A stretch of DNA of 64,000 nucleotides from an uncultured Gemmatimonadales bacterium (GCA_963842945.1 CAWJIM010000001.1:128001-192000); one strand, 5' to 3'; positions 46,830 to 57,834 are shown, numbered from the stretch's first letter. Notes: a model not told the origin generated them from the sequence alone. Made by a program: numbers and translations.

Positions 46830-48105
46830 AGGGAGTCAAACGATCGACGCCCATGTAGGGCACCAGCGCTTCCGGTACCCTGACTGACCCGTCGGCCGCT
46901 TGGTTGTTCTCCAGAAGCGCGATGATGGTGCGGGGAAACGCCACGCCGGAGGCATTCAAGGTATGCACCAGTTCAGGCTTGGCCTTCGGAGCCGGGCGGT
47001 AACGGATGTTCGCTCGCCGGGCCTGAAAATCGGTGAAGGTGCTCGAGCTCGACACCTCGAGCCAGGTTCCCACCCCTGCGGCCCAGACCTCGATGTCGTA
47101 GGTCCGGGCACTGGCGAACCCGGTGTCCCCCGCGGCGAGCTCGATGACCCGGTAGGGCAGGCCCAGGCGGCGCAAGACGGCTTCGGCGTGCCGAGTGATC
47201 CGCTCATGCTCGGCGGGTGAGTCTTGCGGCTTCACGATGCGCACCAGCTCGACCTTATCGAATTGATGGACCCGAATGAGACCGCGGGTATCCTTCCCGT
47301 GGGAGAAGGCCTCCCGGCGAAAACAGGGCGTAAAGGCCACGTAGGCGGCGGGCAGATCCTTGAGCTCGAGAATTTCCTCCCGATGAATGTTGGTGACCGG
47401 GACCTCCGCCGTAGGAATCAGGAACAGGTCGTCGGCCGGCGACGCGTAGACCTCCTCCGCAAACTTGGGAAGCTGGCCCGTGCCGGTCAGGGTAGCGCGG
47501 TTGACCAGGTACGGGGGCGCTACTTCCAGGTACTCATGCTCTCGAGTATGCAGATCGAGCATAAAGTTGGCGAGGGCTCGAACCAGGCGGGCCCCCGCCC
47601 CGCGGTAGAGCGGAAAGCCCGATCCGGTGATCTTCACGCCGGCGGGAAGATCCAGGATGCCGAGCGACGTGCCCAGATCCCAGTGAGGCCGTGGAGTGAA
47701 GTCGAACACCGGGGGGTCGCCCCAGGCCCGGAGTACCCGGTTGGCCGAAGCGTCGCCATCGGGCACCTCGTCCAGCGGGAGATTGGGCAGCGAGAGAAGC
47801 CGTTCGTCGAGGACCGTTTCGAGCTCCCGCAGCCCGAGATCGAGCGCCCGCACCTCGTCACCCGATACTTTGAGCCGCTGCATGAGCTCGTCGGCCGACT
47901 CACCCGTCCGCTTTCGCCGAGCGACTTCATCGCTGGACGCGTTCCGTTCCGCTTTCAGGGATTCCGCCCGGGTCAGCAGCTCGCGCCGGCGCTGGTCCAG
48001 CTGCAGCATCTCATCCAGCAGCGGGCCCAGCGAGTCATCTCCCCGGCGCAGCAGGCGGGCCCGAGTGCCCTCGGGATCCTGGCGGAGGCGCTTGATGTCA
48101 ATCAC
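46822..48105 (-). CDS. serS: Serine--tRNA ligase
   Basis: GTGQLPKF, LIPTAEVP, GLIRVHQFDKVE, FQARR, HTLNAS. Confidence 0.98.
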   Translation of the reverse strand: MIDIKRLRQDPEGTRARLLRRGDDSLGPLLDEMLQLDQRRRELLTRAESLKAERNASSDEVARRKRTGESADELMQRLKVSGDEVRALDLGLRELETVLDERLLSLPNLPLDEVPDGDASANRVLRAWGDPPVFDFTPRPHWDLGTSLGILDLPAGVKITGSGFPLYRGAGARLVRALANFMLDLHTREHEYLEVAPPYLVNRATLTGTGQLPKFAEEVYASPADDLFLIPTAEVPVTNIHREEILELKDLPAAYVAFTPCFRREAFSHGKDTRGLIRVHQFDKVELVRIVKPQDSPAEHERITRHAEAVLRRLGLPYRVIELAAGDTGFASARTYDIEVWAAGVGTWLEVSSSSTFTDFQARRANIRYRPAPKAKPELVHTLNASGVAFPRTIIALLENNQAADGSVRVPEALVPYMGVDRLTPCA

Positions 48106-48107
48106 AG

Positions 48108-48662
48108 CTAATTGGCGGGAAGGCCGGGCAGGAGGCCCTTGTAGCCGCAGTTGTCGTCGGTGATGACGCGAAAGGTGACAGTTCTGGCTACGTCGTCGAA
48201 GGAGACGACTTCCAGTTTGGCGTACTTCGGCAATCCAAGCGACACGCAGGTGACGCGACCCCGCACCACATAGCGCTCGCCGAGGGCAATCGGGATAGCT
48301 TGATCGGTGAGGTATCCGTTACTTGGTGCCGTCGTGATCCCCTCGAAACTCTCGGTGCTGGCCTGGAGCCCGGGCTTGACGCTGGCCAGGCTGTCGATCC
48401 CGAGGACAGCCCGGGGCAGAAACACATGCTGGCCGCCCGGTTCGACATTGTATGCAAAATCGAACTCGATGGAGACATCAGTGCGGATCTGACGACTCCC
48501 TTCGAGCGCGTACGCGCTGGCCGTGCCGACCGGGGTCTCCTCCAGCGCGTACAACGTCTCGGTCCGCTCCACGTTGGTAATCGTGGGATCGGGAAGACCA
48601 TTGTCGTCGCTGCAAGCGGTCACGGCCAGCAGCAGAATGCCTGCTCCAAAAAGTGATTTCAT
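48108..48662 (-). CDS. Hypothetical lipoprotein
   Basis: Lipobox AVTAC, beta-rich, two further Cys. Confidence 0.75.
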   Translation of the reverse strand: MKSLFGAGILLLAVTACSDDNGLPDPTITNVERTETLYALEETPVGTASAYALEGSRQIRTDVSIEFDFAYNVEPGGQHVFLPRAVLGIDSLASVKPGLQASTESFEGITTAPSNGYLTDQAIPIALGERYVVRGRVTCVSLGLPKYAKLEVVSFDDVARTVTFRVITDDNCGYKGLLPGLPAN

Positions 48663-48710
48663 CGAGCCGGAAGGTTAAGCGTCACGCGAAAAGGAATCAA
48701 CATTTTTTTC

Positions 48711-48739
48711 TTGACTTCACCGGAGGCGACTCCTACGTT
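48711..48739 (+). promoter_or_regulatory. Putative sigma70 promoter
   Basis: TTGACT-17 nt-TACGTT preceded by an A/T tract. Confidence 0.65.
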
Positions 48740-48765
48740 CCGGGCAATTTTCCCACCTGGAGTTG

Positions 48766-49122
48766 ATGATGGCCAACCTGACCGAGCTCGTGCGGGGCCT
48801 GGCCGAGCGCGAGGGTGTGGAGGCTGTGCTGGTCCTGAGTGCGGACGGGTTGCCCATCGAGCATGCCGCTCGGCAGTCCTTCGACTCTGAATCGCTGGCC
48901 GCACTCACCGCCACGCTGGTGCAATACGCCACCCGCCTGGGGCTTGGCTCCGGCAGGGGTGCACTGCGCAACGCGGTCATGGAGTATGACCGCGCGCTGC
49001 TGATCGTGGCCCACATCGGAACCGGGGACTGCCTGGCTCTTCTGGCAAGCGCCGAGTCGGACGTCGGGCCGATCCTCTACGATCTCCGCCAGCACCGTCC
49101 CGCGCTGGCCGCGTTGCTCTAA
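48766..49122 (+). CDS. Roadblock/LC7 (MglB-like) protein
   Basis: GVEAVLVLSADGLPI, ESLAAL, DVGPILYDLR. Confidence 0.85.
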   Translation: MMANLTELVRGLAEREGVEAVLVLSADGLPIEHAARQSFDSESLAALTATLVQYATRLGLGSGRGALRNAVMEYDRALLIVAHIGTGDCLALLASAESDVGPILYDLRQHRPALAALL

Positions 49123-49213
49123 AGACTGGACGCCACCAACTTGCGTCGTCCCCGGGTAGTTCAACCTCAGATTTGAAGCTCCGCTCACGAGCACAAAACC
49201 TCGAATGCTCCTG

Positions 49214-49250
49214 ATTTCCCCGCGTCCCCGCTGCCCCGCTGCCCCACCCC
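49214..49250. repeat. Octamer tandem array before manC
   Basis: atttcccc-gcgtcccc-gctgcccc-gctgcccc then ATG at 49252. Confidence 0.8.
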
Positions 49251-49251
49251 A

Positions 49252-50283
49252 ATGAGATGGGCAGTCATTCTCGCGGGCGGCTCCGGAACGCGGTTCTGGC
49301 CCCTCAGTACTCCGGAACATCCCAAGCAACTGCTTCCGCTGGCGGGGTCCAGCTCCACCGCTGAGGAGGCAGTCGACCGGCTGAGCGGCCTAGTTCCCCG
49401 GGAGCGAATTCTCGTGGTGGCCGGTCCGGCTCTTGCGCCCAGGCTGGAGCAGAAGCTCAAGCTTGTCTCCGCCAACATGCTGATCGAGCCGAGGGCCGCC
49501 TCCACCGCCCCGGCCTTGATCTGGGCCACGTGGGAGGCGCTTCGACGCGATCCTCAGGCCGAGGTGCTCTCACTGCATGCTGACTGGGCGGTCGGTGATG
49601 CCGCCGCCTTCCGCCGAACGGCTGACCTCGCGCTGACCACGGCTCGCGAGTACGCTCGCCTGGTTACCGTCGGGGTGGTGCCGTCTCGCCCGGAGACCGG
49701 CTACGGCTATATCGTCCCCGGTCCTCCGCTCGGCAACGGCGCCCGAATGGTGGCGCGGTTTTCCGAAAAACCGGACGCCGCCACCGCCCTGGACCTGATG
49801 GCGGCCGGCGCGCTGTGGAACAGTGGGCTCTTTGCCTGGACCGCCGAGAAGTTGCTGGCCGAAACGGAAGCCCACACGCCGGAAGTGGCACCCTATCTCG
49901 GAAGTCTTCGTTCGGGGAACGTCGAGCAATTCTTTCGGGAGGTCACCCCGATCTCGATCGACGTCGGGTTGCTCGAGCGAAGTCCGTCCGTAGCAGTGGT
50001 GAGCGGAGCGTTTGCCTGGGACGATATCGGCACCTGGCAGGCACTTGCCCGGGTGAGGCCGAAAGACCCCAACGGGAACGTACTGGTGGGTCGCGCTTTC
50101 GCTCACAACGCGGAGGATTGCGTTGTGTGGGCGGAGCGTGACGCCGTGGTTCTGAGCGGTGTCCGGGATCTCATCGTGGTCCAGGCCAACGGCAGAATTC
50201 TGGTAATGCCCACCGAACAGGCCGCATCCATGAAGCAACTGCTGGACGCGCTTCCGCCCGACATTCGCGATACCGGCTCATGA
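49252..50283 (+). CDS. manC: Mannose-1-phosphate guanylyltransferase
   Basis: VILAGGSGTRFWPLS..PKQ, PETGYGYI, FSEKP, WNSG, WDDIGTW. Confidence 0.92.
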   Translation: MRWAVILAGGSGTRFWPLSTPEHPKQLLPLAGSSSTAEEAVDRLSGLVPRERILVVAGPALAPRLEQKLKLVSANMLIEPRAASTAPALIWATWEALRRDPQAEVLSLHADWAVGDAAAFRRTADLALTTAREYARLVTVGVVPSRPETGYGYIVPGPPLGNGARMVARFSEKPDAATALDLMAAGALWNSGLFAWTAEKLLAETEAHTPEVAPYLGSLRSGNVEQFFREVTPISIDVGLLERSPSVAVVSGAFAWDDIGTWQALARVRPKDPNGNVLVGRAFAHNAEDCVVWAERDAVVLSGVRDLIVVQANGRILVMPTEQAASMKQLLDALPPDIRDTGS

Positions 50284-51449
50284 CCGCCTTGTACCTGCTC
50301 GAGCCGGAGTCGCCCGGGGCGACCTGGGCTCCCTTTGCGGGTGTCCGACCCATCGCGGAGCTTCGCGCCGGAATCTGGCGGATCCGGGAACGTTGGGAGG
50401 CCGCCGCAGGAGAGGACGCTACCGCGCTGCTGGGAGACCACGCCGCCGGCTTCTCTGAGTCCGACGAGCCCTCGGTACAATCTCCCAGAAGCATCGAGGG
50501 GCCGGCGCTGATAGCGGCCTCCTGGTTCGCTCCCACCGGTGTTCCGCTCAATCCTTCGCCCGGAATTCGGCGGTTGACCCACAAGCACCAGAGCGTCGGG
50601 TGGCTGATTGCGTCCGGCGAGCGCTGGACCCGGCCCCACGATCAGGGCTCGGCGCTGGAAATCGAAGGCGTTCCGCTTCGCGGCACCTACGATCTGCTCA
50701 CCGCCCTGGAGGAGCTGCTGATCGCAGATTGTGCCGACTTTCTCGCCGCGCCACACGGCGGAGTACCCGAGGGAAGCCTGGTCCTCGGCGATCCGACGCA
50801 TGTGATCTGTCTGGGCGCCACCGTCGAGCCCGGTGTGATGTTCGACGTGCGCCAGGGCGCGGTCGTGGTGGATCAGGGCGCGGAGATAAGGAGTGGCACT
50901 CGGCTGGAAGGTCCCATCTATGTGGGGCCGGGGACTCGGGTGTTGGGCGGCTTCATCCGTGGCTCGGTGTTTGGGCCGGAATGCCGGGTGCGCGGCGAGA
51001 TCTCGACCAGTGTGTTTCTGGGATACGCCAACAAGAGCCACGAGGGCTTCGTGGGCCACAGCGTCATTGGCCACTGGGTGAATCTTGGAGCCGGGAGCAC
51101 GACGTCCAACCTCAAGAACACCTACGGCCCGGTCCGTCTGGAGGTCGACGGCGAGCGGATCGAAACCGGCCGACTCAACCTGGGCAGCCTGATCGGCGAC
51201 CACGCCAAGACGGCAATCGGTACCATGCTCCCAACCGGCACCGTCATTTCCACCGGGGCCAACGTCTTCGGCCCGCCCAACGCGCCCAAGTACATCCCGC
51301 CCTTTGCCTGGGGGTGTTCCGGCACCGAACGGATGTCTGAGGACGGATTTCTCCGAGTTGCCGAGCGGGTGATGGGCCGGCGCAATGTCGCCTTCTCGGC
51401 TGATCGCCAGGAATCCCTGCGGCTGGCTTACCAGCGGAGCATCCGGTGA
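50280..51449 (+). CDS. GlmU-like sugar nucleotidyl/acetyl-transferase with hexapeptide repeats
   Basis: RPIAELRAGI, NKSHEGFVGHSVIGHWVNLGAG, SNLKNTY. Confidence 0.85.
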   Translation: MTALYLLEPESPGATWAPFAGVRPIAELRAGIWRIRERWEAAAGEDATALLGDHAAGFSESDEPSVQSPRSIEGPALIAASWFAPTGVPLNPSPGIRRLTHKHQSVGWLIASGERWTRPHDQGSALEIEGVPLRGTYDLLTALEELLIADCADFLAAPHGGVPEGSLVLGDPTHVICLGATVEPGVMFDVRQGAVVVDQGAEIRSGTRLEGPIYVGPGTRVLGGFIRGSVFGPECRVRGEISTSVFLGYANKSHEGFVGHSVIGHWVNLGAGSTTSNLKNTYGPVRLEVDGERIETGRLNLGSLIGDHAKTAIGTMLPTGTVISTGANVFGPPNAPKYIPPFAWGCSGTERMSEDGFLRVAERVMGRRNVAFSADRQESLRLAYQRSIR

Positions 51450-52255
51450 TCACGCTGTACATGTTGGGATCGGGCTCCCGGGGGAATTGCTGCGCGGTCG
51501 AGTCCGAAGGGGTGGTTCTGCTGGTCGATGCCGGATTCAGCACCCGCGAAGTCGAGCGGCGGGCCGAGGCCGTCGGATTGGATCTCAGCCGCGTGGCCGG
51601 CATCGCCCTCACCCATGAGCACGGCGACCACAGCAGAGGCGCCCTGGGACTCGCCCGGCGGCTGCGGGCGCCGGTGCTCACCGGCTCGGGTACCTGGGCC
51701 AGGCTTACCACGCTGCATCAGGAAACCGAGCACCGGCTGCTCGGCCTGTGCAGCCGGGCGGAATTAGGACCATTTCAGCTGGAGGCGTGCTCAACCAGCC
51801 ACGACGCGGCCGACCCGCTCGCCATTGTGATCCGGACAACCGATGGTGCCAGCATCGGATTGGCGTACGATCTGGGACGGCCCACCCTGGCCGTGCGCTA
51901 TCTGCTGCGGAATCTGAGTGCGATTGTTCTCGAAGCCAATTACGACGAATTACAGCTGAGAACCAGCGCTTACCCTCCGGTGGTGCAACGACGGATCGCG
52001 GGCTCGGCTGGGCATCTTTCCAATCGGGCCGCCGCCCAGCTGCTGCGCGAGCTGCACCACCCTGGTCTCTCAATCGTAGTGCTCGCGCACTTGAGCGAGC
52101 ACTGCAATACGGCCGCCGACGCGCGGGCGGCGGTAGCGACCGCGCTCCGGCGCTCCGGCTTCCTGGGAGTGTTGCACGTGGCAAACCAGGACCAGCCGCT
52201 GCCGCCCATCCCGGTCGCCCACATGACCGGCATCCAGCTGGATTTGGCGCTGTAG
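51446..52255 (+). CDS. MBL-fold hydrolase (YycJ/WalJ-like)
   Basis: GSGSRGN, THEHGDH, HDA, LEANYD, GHLSN, AHLS. Confidence 0.9.
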   Translation: MITLYMLGSGSRGNCCAVESEGVVLLVDAGFSTREVERRAEAVGLDLSRVAGIALTHEHGDHSRGALGLARRLRAPVLTGSGTWARLTTLHQETEHRLLGLCSRAELGPFQLEACSTSHDAADPLAIVIRTTDGASIGLAYDLGRPTLAVRYLLRNLSAIVLEANYDELQLRTSAYPPVVQRRIAGSAGHLSNRAAAQLLRELHHPGLSIVVLAHLSEHCNTAADARAAVATALRRSGFLGVLHVANQDQPLPPIPVAHMTGIQLDLAL

Positions 52256-52306
52256 CCTGTAGCGTCTTCCGTCCAGCCCCGATCGCGCTCCGCGCTCACA
52301 CCCTCG

Positions 52307-52918
52307 CTACTTGTTCAGCGGTAGGCCGAAGCCCAACGAAAGGTGTACGTCGTTCTGGGTCTGCTTCTCTTCGAACGTGTTTTCATCTACGAAGGTGGTA
52401 CCGTAGATGTAATCGTCCGCGGCAACGTAGAGACTGAGGAAGCTGCCCAGGTTAAACCCTACCGTGGCTCCCACCACTCCCCCGACATCGGTCTTGTCCT
52501 CGAGATTGGCGTAGGCATCTCCGCTCCGCTTCACCAGACTGGCCCCCGCATTGAGACCCAGCCAAACCGGGCTGGTCCAGGGGATGACCTGGAAGCTGGC
52601 CCGAGCCGACCCAAACAGCAGGTTCGCGTCGGTTTTGGTCTCGCTGTTGTTGAAGGTGAACCGGAGGCTGCTTGGCACGTAGGATACCGAGGTGACCAGG
52701 CCCAACCGCTCGCCGAAGCGGAGACCCAGCCGGCCGCCGACAGCCAGGGCAACCTCCTGCTTGAACTCCTGGCCCTGGGCGGCTTTGGCCAATTCCGTCG
52801 TGGGAATGTAGGCCCCGATCGTAGGAGAGAGGTACAGCTTTTGGGCCGCGAGAGGTGAGGCCATGCAGAGTCCGGTCGCCACGACGGTGAGGCCGGCACG
52901 AAGGGATGCGGGAAGCAC
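52307..52918 (-). CDS. Putative small outer-membrane beta-barrel protein
   Basis: Signal peptide (PLAA-Q), alternating amphipathic strands, C-terminal VHLSLGFGL. Confidence 0.7.
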   Translation of the reverse strand: MLPASLRAGLTVVATGLCMASPLAAQKLYLSPTIGAYIPTTELAKAAQGQEFKQEVALAVGGRLGLRFGERLGLVTSVSYVPSSLRFTFNNSETKTDANLLFGSARASFQVIPWTSPVWLGLNAGASLVKRSGDAYANLEDKTDVGGVVGATVGFNLGSFLSLYVAADDYIYGTTFVDENTFEEKQTQNDVHLSLGFGLPLNK

Positions 52919-53083
52919 GGGACGGTGATCCTCTTGGTGATGAGTCGGAGATGATAGAGATTGGCGTCGTCCATAGTATTCTGTACAAAGCGGCGGACGT
53001 CTAGTCCGCCATCCTCTCTGTGGACGCAGCTCGCGCTCTGATTTTCTCACCACGAAAACTGGAAGGAGAGCTGGAGGGTCTGC

Positions 53084-53593
53084 TCAGGCGCTGACGGTGC
53101 TGTCGAGGATGGGATCCTCACACTGCCAGGTCGCGCGGTCTACTGCATAACCGTTGCGGGTAAGCAGCTCGGAGCCGGCCAGGAGGAATCCAAAGAAGAC
53201 CAGAAGGAGTGCTATGGTGTGCGCCAGTCCGCTGCGCACCTTCCAGGATGCCGTCGCAGCCCATATTCCGGCCACGATCACGGTCGTTACCGCACCGAGG
53301 TAGCCCAGCAGCGGAAATCCACAGGAGCGGTTGTAAGGCCACCAGCCCATGGTCACCGCCAGGCTGAGCGCCAGGACCACCCGAAACCACATGCCGAGGA
53401 CCTGTCGCTCCGGACTCACCTCATCCCGAGGAACGATGCTCATCGGAGCAAAGGAGGCGGTGGACGAGTGCGGGGCGCCCGCGCGCGGAGGCTCCGGCTG
53501 TCCCTGAAGCCCAGGCAGTTGGGCCAGGAGGCGGTCTACCACCCCCGCCATCGGGTCAGGGTGTGGACCCCGCTGGGGTATCGGTTTCGGCAT
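53084..53593 (-). CDS. Hypothetical membrane protein (3 TM)
   Basis: Pro-rich N-terminus, WWPY..CG, three hydrophobic helices, W.C near C-terminus. Confidence 0.7.
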   Translation of the reverse strand: MPKPIPQRGPHPDPMAGVVDRLLAQLPGLQGQPEPPRAGAPHSSTASFAPMSIVPRDEVSPERQVLGMWFRVVLALSLAVTMGWWPYNRSCGFPLLGYLGAVTTVIVAGIWAATASWKVRSGLAHTIALLLVFFGFLLAGSELLTRNGYAVDRATWQCEDPILDSTVSA

Positions 53594-53638
53594 TGGGCTC
53601 CGGCGCAAAGGTGAACGGCAGGCGCTCGGTATCGCATG

Positions 53639-53680
53639 GCATTAGCCATACCATCTCGCCAAGGCTCTAAGTCATTGCTG
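53639..53680 (-). promoter_or_regulatory. Putative sigma54 promoter with upstream IHF-like site
   Basis: TGGTAT-N5-ATGC (GG-N10-GC, 53653-53639) and CAGCAA-TGAC-TTA (53680-53668). Confidence 0.5.
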
Positions 53681-53750
53681 GGGGCTTCGAGCATCCACTC
53701 TGGCGTGCGATTCTCTGCAGTACTCAACCACCGGATGCAGTCAGGTCAGG

Positions 53751-53785
53751 AGAAAGCAAACGCCCCGGGTTGAGCCCGGGGCGTT
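53751..53785 (-). terminator. groEL terminator
   Basis: AACGCCCCGGG-loop-CCCGGGGCGTT followed by TGCTTTCT. Confidence 0.82.
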
Positions 53786-53812
53786 CGGTTACAACGTTGG
53801 CTGCGGTCGGGC

Positions 53813-55447
<1,635 letters not shown>

Positions 55448-55492
55448 TCATCTCCTGTAAGGATTCGGGAGGCAGGTGCCGCCCGTGTCGGT

Positions 55493-55807
55493 TTAGCTGA
55501 TCTTGGCCAGAACGTCGGATGCCTTGATGATGATCACCTCTTCGTCGCCCAGCTGAAACGGGGTGCCGCTGTACTTCCCGTAGATCACGCTGTCGCCGAC
55601 CTTGAGGTCGACCGGTACCCGCTGTCCCTTCTCAATCCGGCCCGGGCCGACAGCGATCACTTCACCCTGGGTCGGCTTTTCCTTGGCCGTGTCCGGAATG
55701 TACAGACCCCCTCGCATGGTCTCCGCCTCATCGGACGGCATGATCACGACGCGATCCTCCAGGGGCTGCAGCTTGAGACTGGGCTTGGCCTTGGTAGCAG
55801 TTGCCAT
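55493..55807 (-). CDS. groES: Co-chaperonin GroES
   Basis: PLEDRV, GGLYIPDTAKEKP, AVGPG, KYSG; SD GGAGG. Confidence 0.98.
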   Translation of the reverse strand: MATATKAKPSLKLQPLEDRVVIMPSDEAETMRGGLYIPDTAKEKPTQGEVIAVGPGRIEKGQRVPVDLKVGDSVIYGKYSGTPFQLGDEEVIIIKASDVLAKIS

Positions 55808-55865
55808 CGGTACGACCTCCACTACTGGTTAGGTTGAGCGGCGTAAGCCGCTGATATAATAGGAG

Positions 55866-55892
55866 TTGGCACTCTTGGTGTGCGAGTGCTAA
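55866..55892. promoter_or_regulatory. CIRCE element (HrcA operator)
   Basis: TTGGCACTC-N9-GAGTGCTAA, one mismatch from TTAGCACTC-N9-GAGTGCTAA. Confidence 0.95.
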
Positions 55893-55899
55893 GACCCGG

Positions 55900-55927
55900 A
55901 AAATAAGACCAAAGCTCTTGCTGTCAA
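55900..55927 (-). promoter_or_regulatory. Putative sigma70 promoter of groESL
   Basis: TTGACA-16 nt-TATTTT just upstream of CIRCE. Confidence 0.65.
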
Positions 55928-55951
55928 GACGCTTGTCTAGCCGCGACCCTA

Positions 55952-55967
55952 GGCAATCGAAGTGCCC
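55952..55967 (-). promoter_or_regulatory. Putative sigma54 promoter of groESL
   Basis: GGGCAC-TTCGA-TTGCC versus TGGCAC-N5-TTGCW. Confidence 0.55.
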
Positions 55968-56100
55968 ATGAAACGCGCCAGGTTGGCAGATTTTTACCGT
56001 TGGAGACCCGTACTAAGGCAGGCCGGACTGCCGCTAGGGTAGGCAATTATCCGGTTGATGATTGAAGCCCGCGGGACACGAGCCCACGAGTACCTTCCGC

Positions 56101-57099
56101 TCAGCGGCCTCCCTCCTGGATCAGCCGCCGAACTCCCACCCACCGCCGATACCACCATCGTCCGTAAGGGTCCACCGCACTGAGCGTGCTGATCTGGACC
56201 CCTTTGGTAGCACTATGAATGAACCGGCTTTGTCCGAGGTACAGTCCCACGTGCGTGACTGGTCCTCCGCGATTGGAAAAAGTGAGCAGGTCTCCCGGCC
56301 GTAATCGCTCGAGCTTTCGGTCCACCTTGGTGCCCTGGCGCGCCTGATCTGTGCTCCGGCGGGGAAGCACAATCCCGTGCTTTGCGTAGGCGTACTGGAT
56401 CAGCCCCGAGCAGTCGAATCCCTCCCCATTCTCGCCGGTCCCGCCATACTCGTAGGGCCGGCCCATCGCTTCAGTGGCGGTGGCGATCACCGAATCGGCC
56501 AGCGTGAGCGGGGCGGTTTGGGAGTCCGCCACCACTGGTGGCGGCGCGCCGTGCACCACTCGAGGTGGGGCGGCCGCGGGCGGCGGCGCCGTCGGCGGGG
56601 ACGCGGAGGAGCCTCCCAGGTGAACCGCCATGCCGATCGCGAGCTCGAGGCCGGCGCCGCCTCCCAGGGAAAGCCCTCGCCAACGGCCTTCCGCGCCCAC
56701 GGAGAGGAAGGAGAGGGGGAACAGGTCGTATCCTCCCCCCAGCGACCAGGAGCCCCAGGGATCGGAGAAGTCGTTTGACGTTTCCGACCCCATCCCACCA
56801 CTCAATCCGGCGACCAGATACGGACCGCCCTCTCTTTTCCGAAATGCGGTGAGATCGGCCCCGACGCCCGCCAATCGTCCCGCGTCACCCTGGAACCGTC
56901 GCGATAGCTCCCCATGTAGCTGAACGCCGATCACCCCCGCGAGAGGCTGGCTGAGTCCGAGTCGGTAGGTGGTCCATTCGGTGGAATCCCAGAAGTGGCC
57001 CACTCGCATCTCTACGGCCTGGGAATGCACCGGAGAACTCCAGGCCAGGAGCACGCAGCTCAGCGATACGGGAATGTGGTGATGGACGAACGAGCTCAT
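56101..57099 (-). CDS. NlpC/P60 (C40) peptidase with N-terminal beta-barrel-like domain
   Basis: GRPYEYGG, GFDCSGL, PGDLLTF, HVGLY, FIHS; signal peptide and Pro-rich linker. Confidence 0.9.
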   Translation of the reverse strand: MSSFVHHHIPVSLSCVLLAWSSPVHSQAVEMRVGHFWDSTEWTTYRLGLSQPLAGVIGVQLHGELSRRFQGDAGRLAGVGADLTAFRKREGGPYLVAGLSGGMGSETSNDFSDPWGSWSLGGGYDLFPLSFLSVGAEGRWRGLSLGGGAGLELAIGMAVHLGGSSASPPTAPPPAAAPPRVVHGAPPPVVADSQTAPLTLADSVIATATEAMGRPYEYGGTGENGEGFDCSGLIQYAYAKHGIVLPRRSTDQARQGTKVDRKLERLRPGDLLTFSNRGGPVTHVGLYLGQSRFIHSATKGVQISTLSAVDPYGRWWYRRWVGVRRLIQEGGR

Positions 57100-57500
57100 G
57101 GTCTCGAGCGACCCTCCGCCTCTCGCACCGGCCGGCCGGTTCGCAGGTCAACCCGATACGGAGTGCCCGGCCGGCAATCGTTCCACAGCATGGCGCGCAT
57201 GGTCGAGTCGTTTAACAGCGTGGGAGCTTCTCCGGTGTATAGGAGCGGAACGGGAAGACGGCGGCCCTCGCGCCGGATCTCCAGGCCTCGCTCCAGGCAG
57301 GCCTGGCCTCCGCTGGACCGGGCCGGCCGTGATAGCGTGAACCAGATTTCAACCCCAGCGGGAGCGGTCGTCGCCAAAGACTCTTCGGGTTCCGCTACGA
57401 CTTCGCCTCGATCGGTAGCTCGAGGTCGCTCGGTTCGCCCGCACGCCGAGAGCAACGCGACAGCCCATACCAACTGCCTGCCGTACTTTGCAGGGATCAT
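57096..57500 (-). CDS. Hypothetical lipoprotein
   Basis: Lipobox LLSAC; ATGA overlap with the next gene. Confidence 0.65.
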   Translation of the reverse strand: MIPAKYGRQLVWAVALLSACGRTERPRATDRGEVVAEPEESLATTAPAGVEIWFTLSRPARSSGGQACLERGLEIRREGRRLPVPLLYTGEAPTLLNDSTMRAMLWNDCRPGTPYRVDLRTGRPVREAEGRSRP

Positions 57501-57504
57501 CGGA

Positions 57505-57834
57505 TCAGGCCGGTGGAGACGGCTCGGGCTCCGAGATCTCCTCCGGAACCTCGGGAACCACGGAAAATTCCGTTGTATCCGGTGTTCCATCTTCGGTTAC
57601 TGCCAGGACCTCCCGAACCTCGGGCGAGCGGCGCAGGTAGTGAAGCCAGCCGATCAGCGCCGCGAAGCCGGCAAGCCCACCGCAAACGGCGGTCACGGCC
57701 AACCCCCGCACCGGATCGTCCAGGTTCATCGCAAGGAGCGCGCCCACGACTGCCCCGAAAAATGAAGCTGCCCACGCCAGGAATGGTGTGAGCAGCCAAC
57801 CGAAGATGCGAAAGAAAAGTCGGACCCAGCGCAT
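57505..57834 (-). CDS. Hypothetical membrane protein
   Basis: Two TM helices plus acidic tail. Confidence 0.7.
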   Translation of the reverse strand: MRWVRLFFRIFGWLLTPFLAWAASFFGAVVGALLAMNLDDPVRGLAVTAVCGGLAGFAALIGWLHYLRRSPEVREVLAVTEDGTPDTTEFSVVPEVPEEISEPEPSPPA

